Origin: Lama glama
Taxonomy: Eukaryota
NCBI GenBank assembly: GCA_028534125.1
Contig: CM052816.1
Span: 95,234,001-95,298,000, forward strand
DNA: 64,000 bases
Direction of reading: 5' to 3'
Both the position numbers and the translations under genes were made by a program. Below, one piece after another: positions 62,562 through 64,000 of this stretch (position 1 is its first letter; every line of letters begins with the position of its first letter). The notes below the pieces were generated by a model, which was not told the DNA's origin, did no database searches, and saw only the letters and a program-made list of their open reading frames with translations.

Positions 62562-64000
62562 TTGCTGAGCCATACTAAACAAGGAACTTCACAGAGAATT
62601 GCTCTTTGGAATTGTTGTCGGTGCTGTGAGGGTGAAGCAGAGGTGCTGTGAGGCTTCCAACGGCCCCATCGAAGCCACTGCCTCCTGTGCCCCCATAGAA
62701 CCACCACTGGGACAGACCCTTCCTTTCGTGGCCACCAGAGCCTGGGACCCCAAAGCCTGCTGCTGTTGAAGCTGAGGACAGAGCCTCGGTGTATCAAAGC
62801 TGAGCGATAATCAAGAATCACAAATCTCTCCACTGAGGCCACTGCCACCATGAGCACTGCCCTGACTCCCACCAACTCGTGGGACGGTCCCCCCAGGTTG
62901 CTTTCCACCACCCAGAGCAGAAAAACCTCTTGTGATGGTGTCTGCCTGCCCCTGCTCTAGACTCAGCGAGTTCCCTGCTGCTCCAACAGCAGAGAGAGTT
63001 AAGGACCAGGCTTCTGTACAAGGCTCTCTTCCCTGGGGTGTGCTCCTTCCCCGGGGACCCCCCCCAACCACCCTGCTGGGCCCACTGGACAGGACCTCAC
63101 AGAGGTGGGTGCCAGGAGAGCCTGACCACTCACCCACTTCCCAAGCCTCAGCCCTGCGCAAACTTACATTCACCCATAAATGGACTTGTCTGTTTCTAAT
63201 CAGAAGAAAGTTTTATTTTAAATGAACAAAACGGAGATTTTTGTTTTCCCAAAATATACTCCAATTTCCAATTCCCACTCCTCCTGTGGCTGTAGCCACC
63301 GAGAAGAAATAACATTGTTGTCTAACCAGTTCCCTCCGTCTTGAATTATTTATTGATATTAAGATGAACTATGAAATAAAATTAAGATGAGTTTGAGAAA
63401 TAAACTCCGGACTTCCTTTTTTCCTTCTTTTTTGTCACCCGAGGCTGTGTCCTAGCTGACTTTCCCAGACTCAGCCTGTGCTGAGCCGGGCAATCCGCTC
63501 TCCGCGCGGCTTCACAGCTGCGCCACCCCCGGCGCCCTGCTTACCCGGGCTTTTCCGCTCTAATCCTGAGTTGAGGACAGAAAACACTGGCTGTTGCGGC
63601 TTCATTAGGCCAGCAGACTGTGTCTGCAAATCACCTAGACAGTCTCTTGAAGGTTCCTGTGATATAAAAGCCGTTCAACGTGTTTGAAATGACCCACGAT
63701 TCGTTCTGATGGATCAGGTTCCGTGTTCCGGAACAGAAAGGCAGGAATGGCCCCGAGGAAGCCTGTGACTTGGCGACAGGTGCCTTGGAGCTCTTCTAGT
63801 TCATCCACTCAATAGTCACGTGAGGTGTGGTGTGTGCCTGGCCTCTGGCCACCAGCTGGGGATGAAGACAGGATGATACACGGTCTTTATATTAGTGAAA
63901 GCTTCTGGCTGATGGTGAAAGAAACCCAAGGGAAGGCTCCTGTCACCCAGGAAGGGCACAGGGCGTAGCTGGGCCTCGGAGGTGTCTGGGACTACACTAC

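Overview
Mammalian genomic DNA, most likely camelid (camel/alpaca/llama). This is inferred from nine copies of a tRNA-Ala-derived SINE resembling the Tylopoda Vic-1 family and from cetartiodactyl-type L1 3' ends. The only protein-coding sequence I can support is coding exon 1 of ANKRD33B on the minus strand (28782->28429, 118 codons, GTAAG donor), inside a CpG-island promoter (~27.7-30.2 kb). Positions 1-28428 appear to be intron 1, and I found no exon 2 in the window. Positions ~29-64 kb are upstream intergenic DNA with a 500-N assembly gap at 45891-46390. The rest is largely transposon debris (L1, L2, MIR, MaLR/ERV LTRs, MER DNA transposons). Nearly all other ORFs in the track are chance ORFs or L1 remnants. 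I see no evidence of a new multi-gene biological system. The best second-look items are: (i) a polyadenylated, TSD-flanked, apparently L1-mobilised copy of an ERV1 LTR transcript end, with a related intact solo LTR in the same window; (ii) a twin-primed 5'-inverted L1; (iii) a fossil hAT/Charlie transposase missed by the ORF track; (iv) a degraded intronic 5S rRNA copy; (v) a perfect Maf element (TGCTGAGTCAGCA) with CRX-like sites ~21 kb upstream; and (vi) a perfect 15-bp hairpin. Repeat family names come from recalled consensus sequences and need RepeatMasker/Dfam confirmation. Boundaries of old repeats are approximate.
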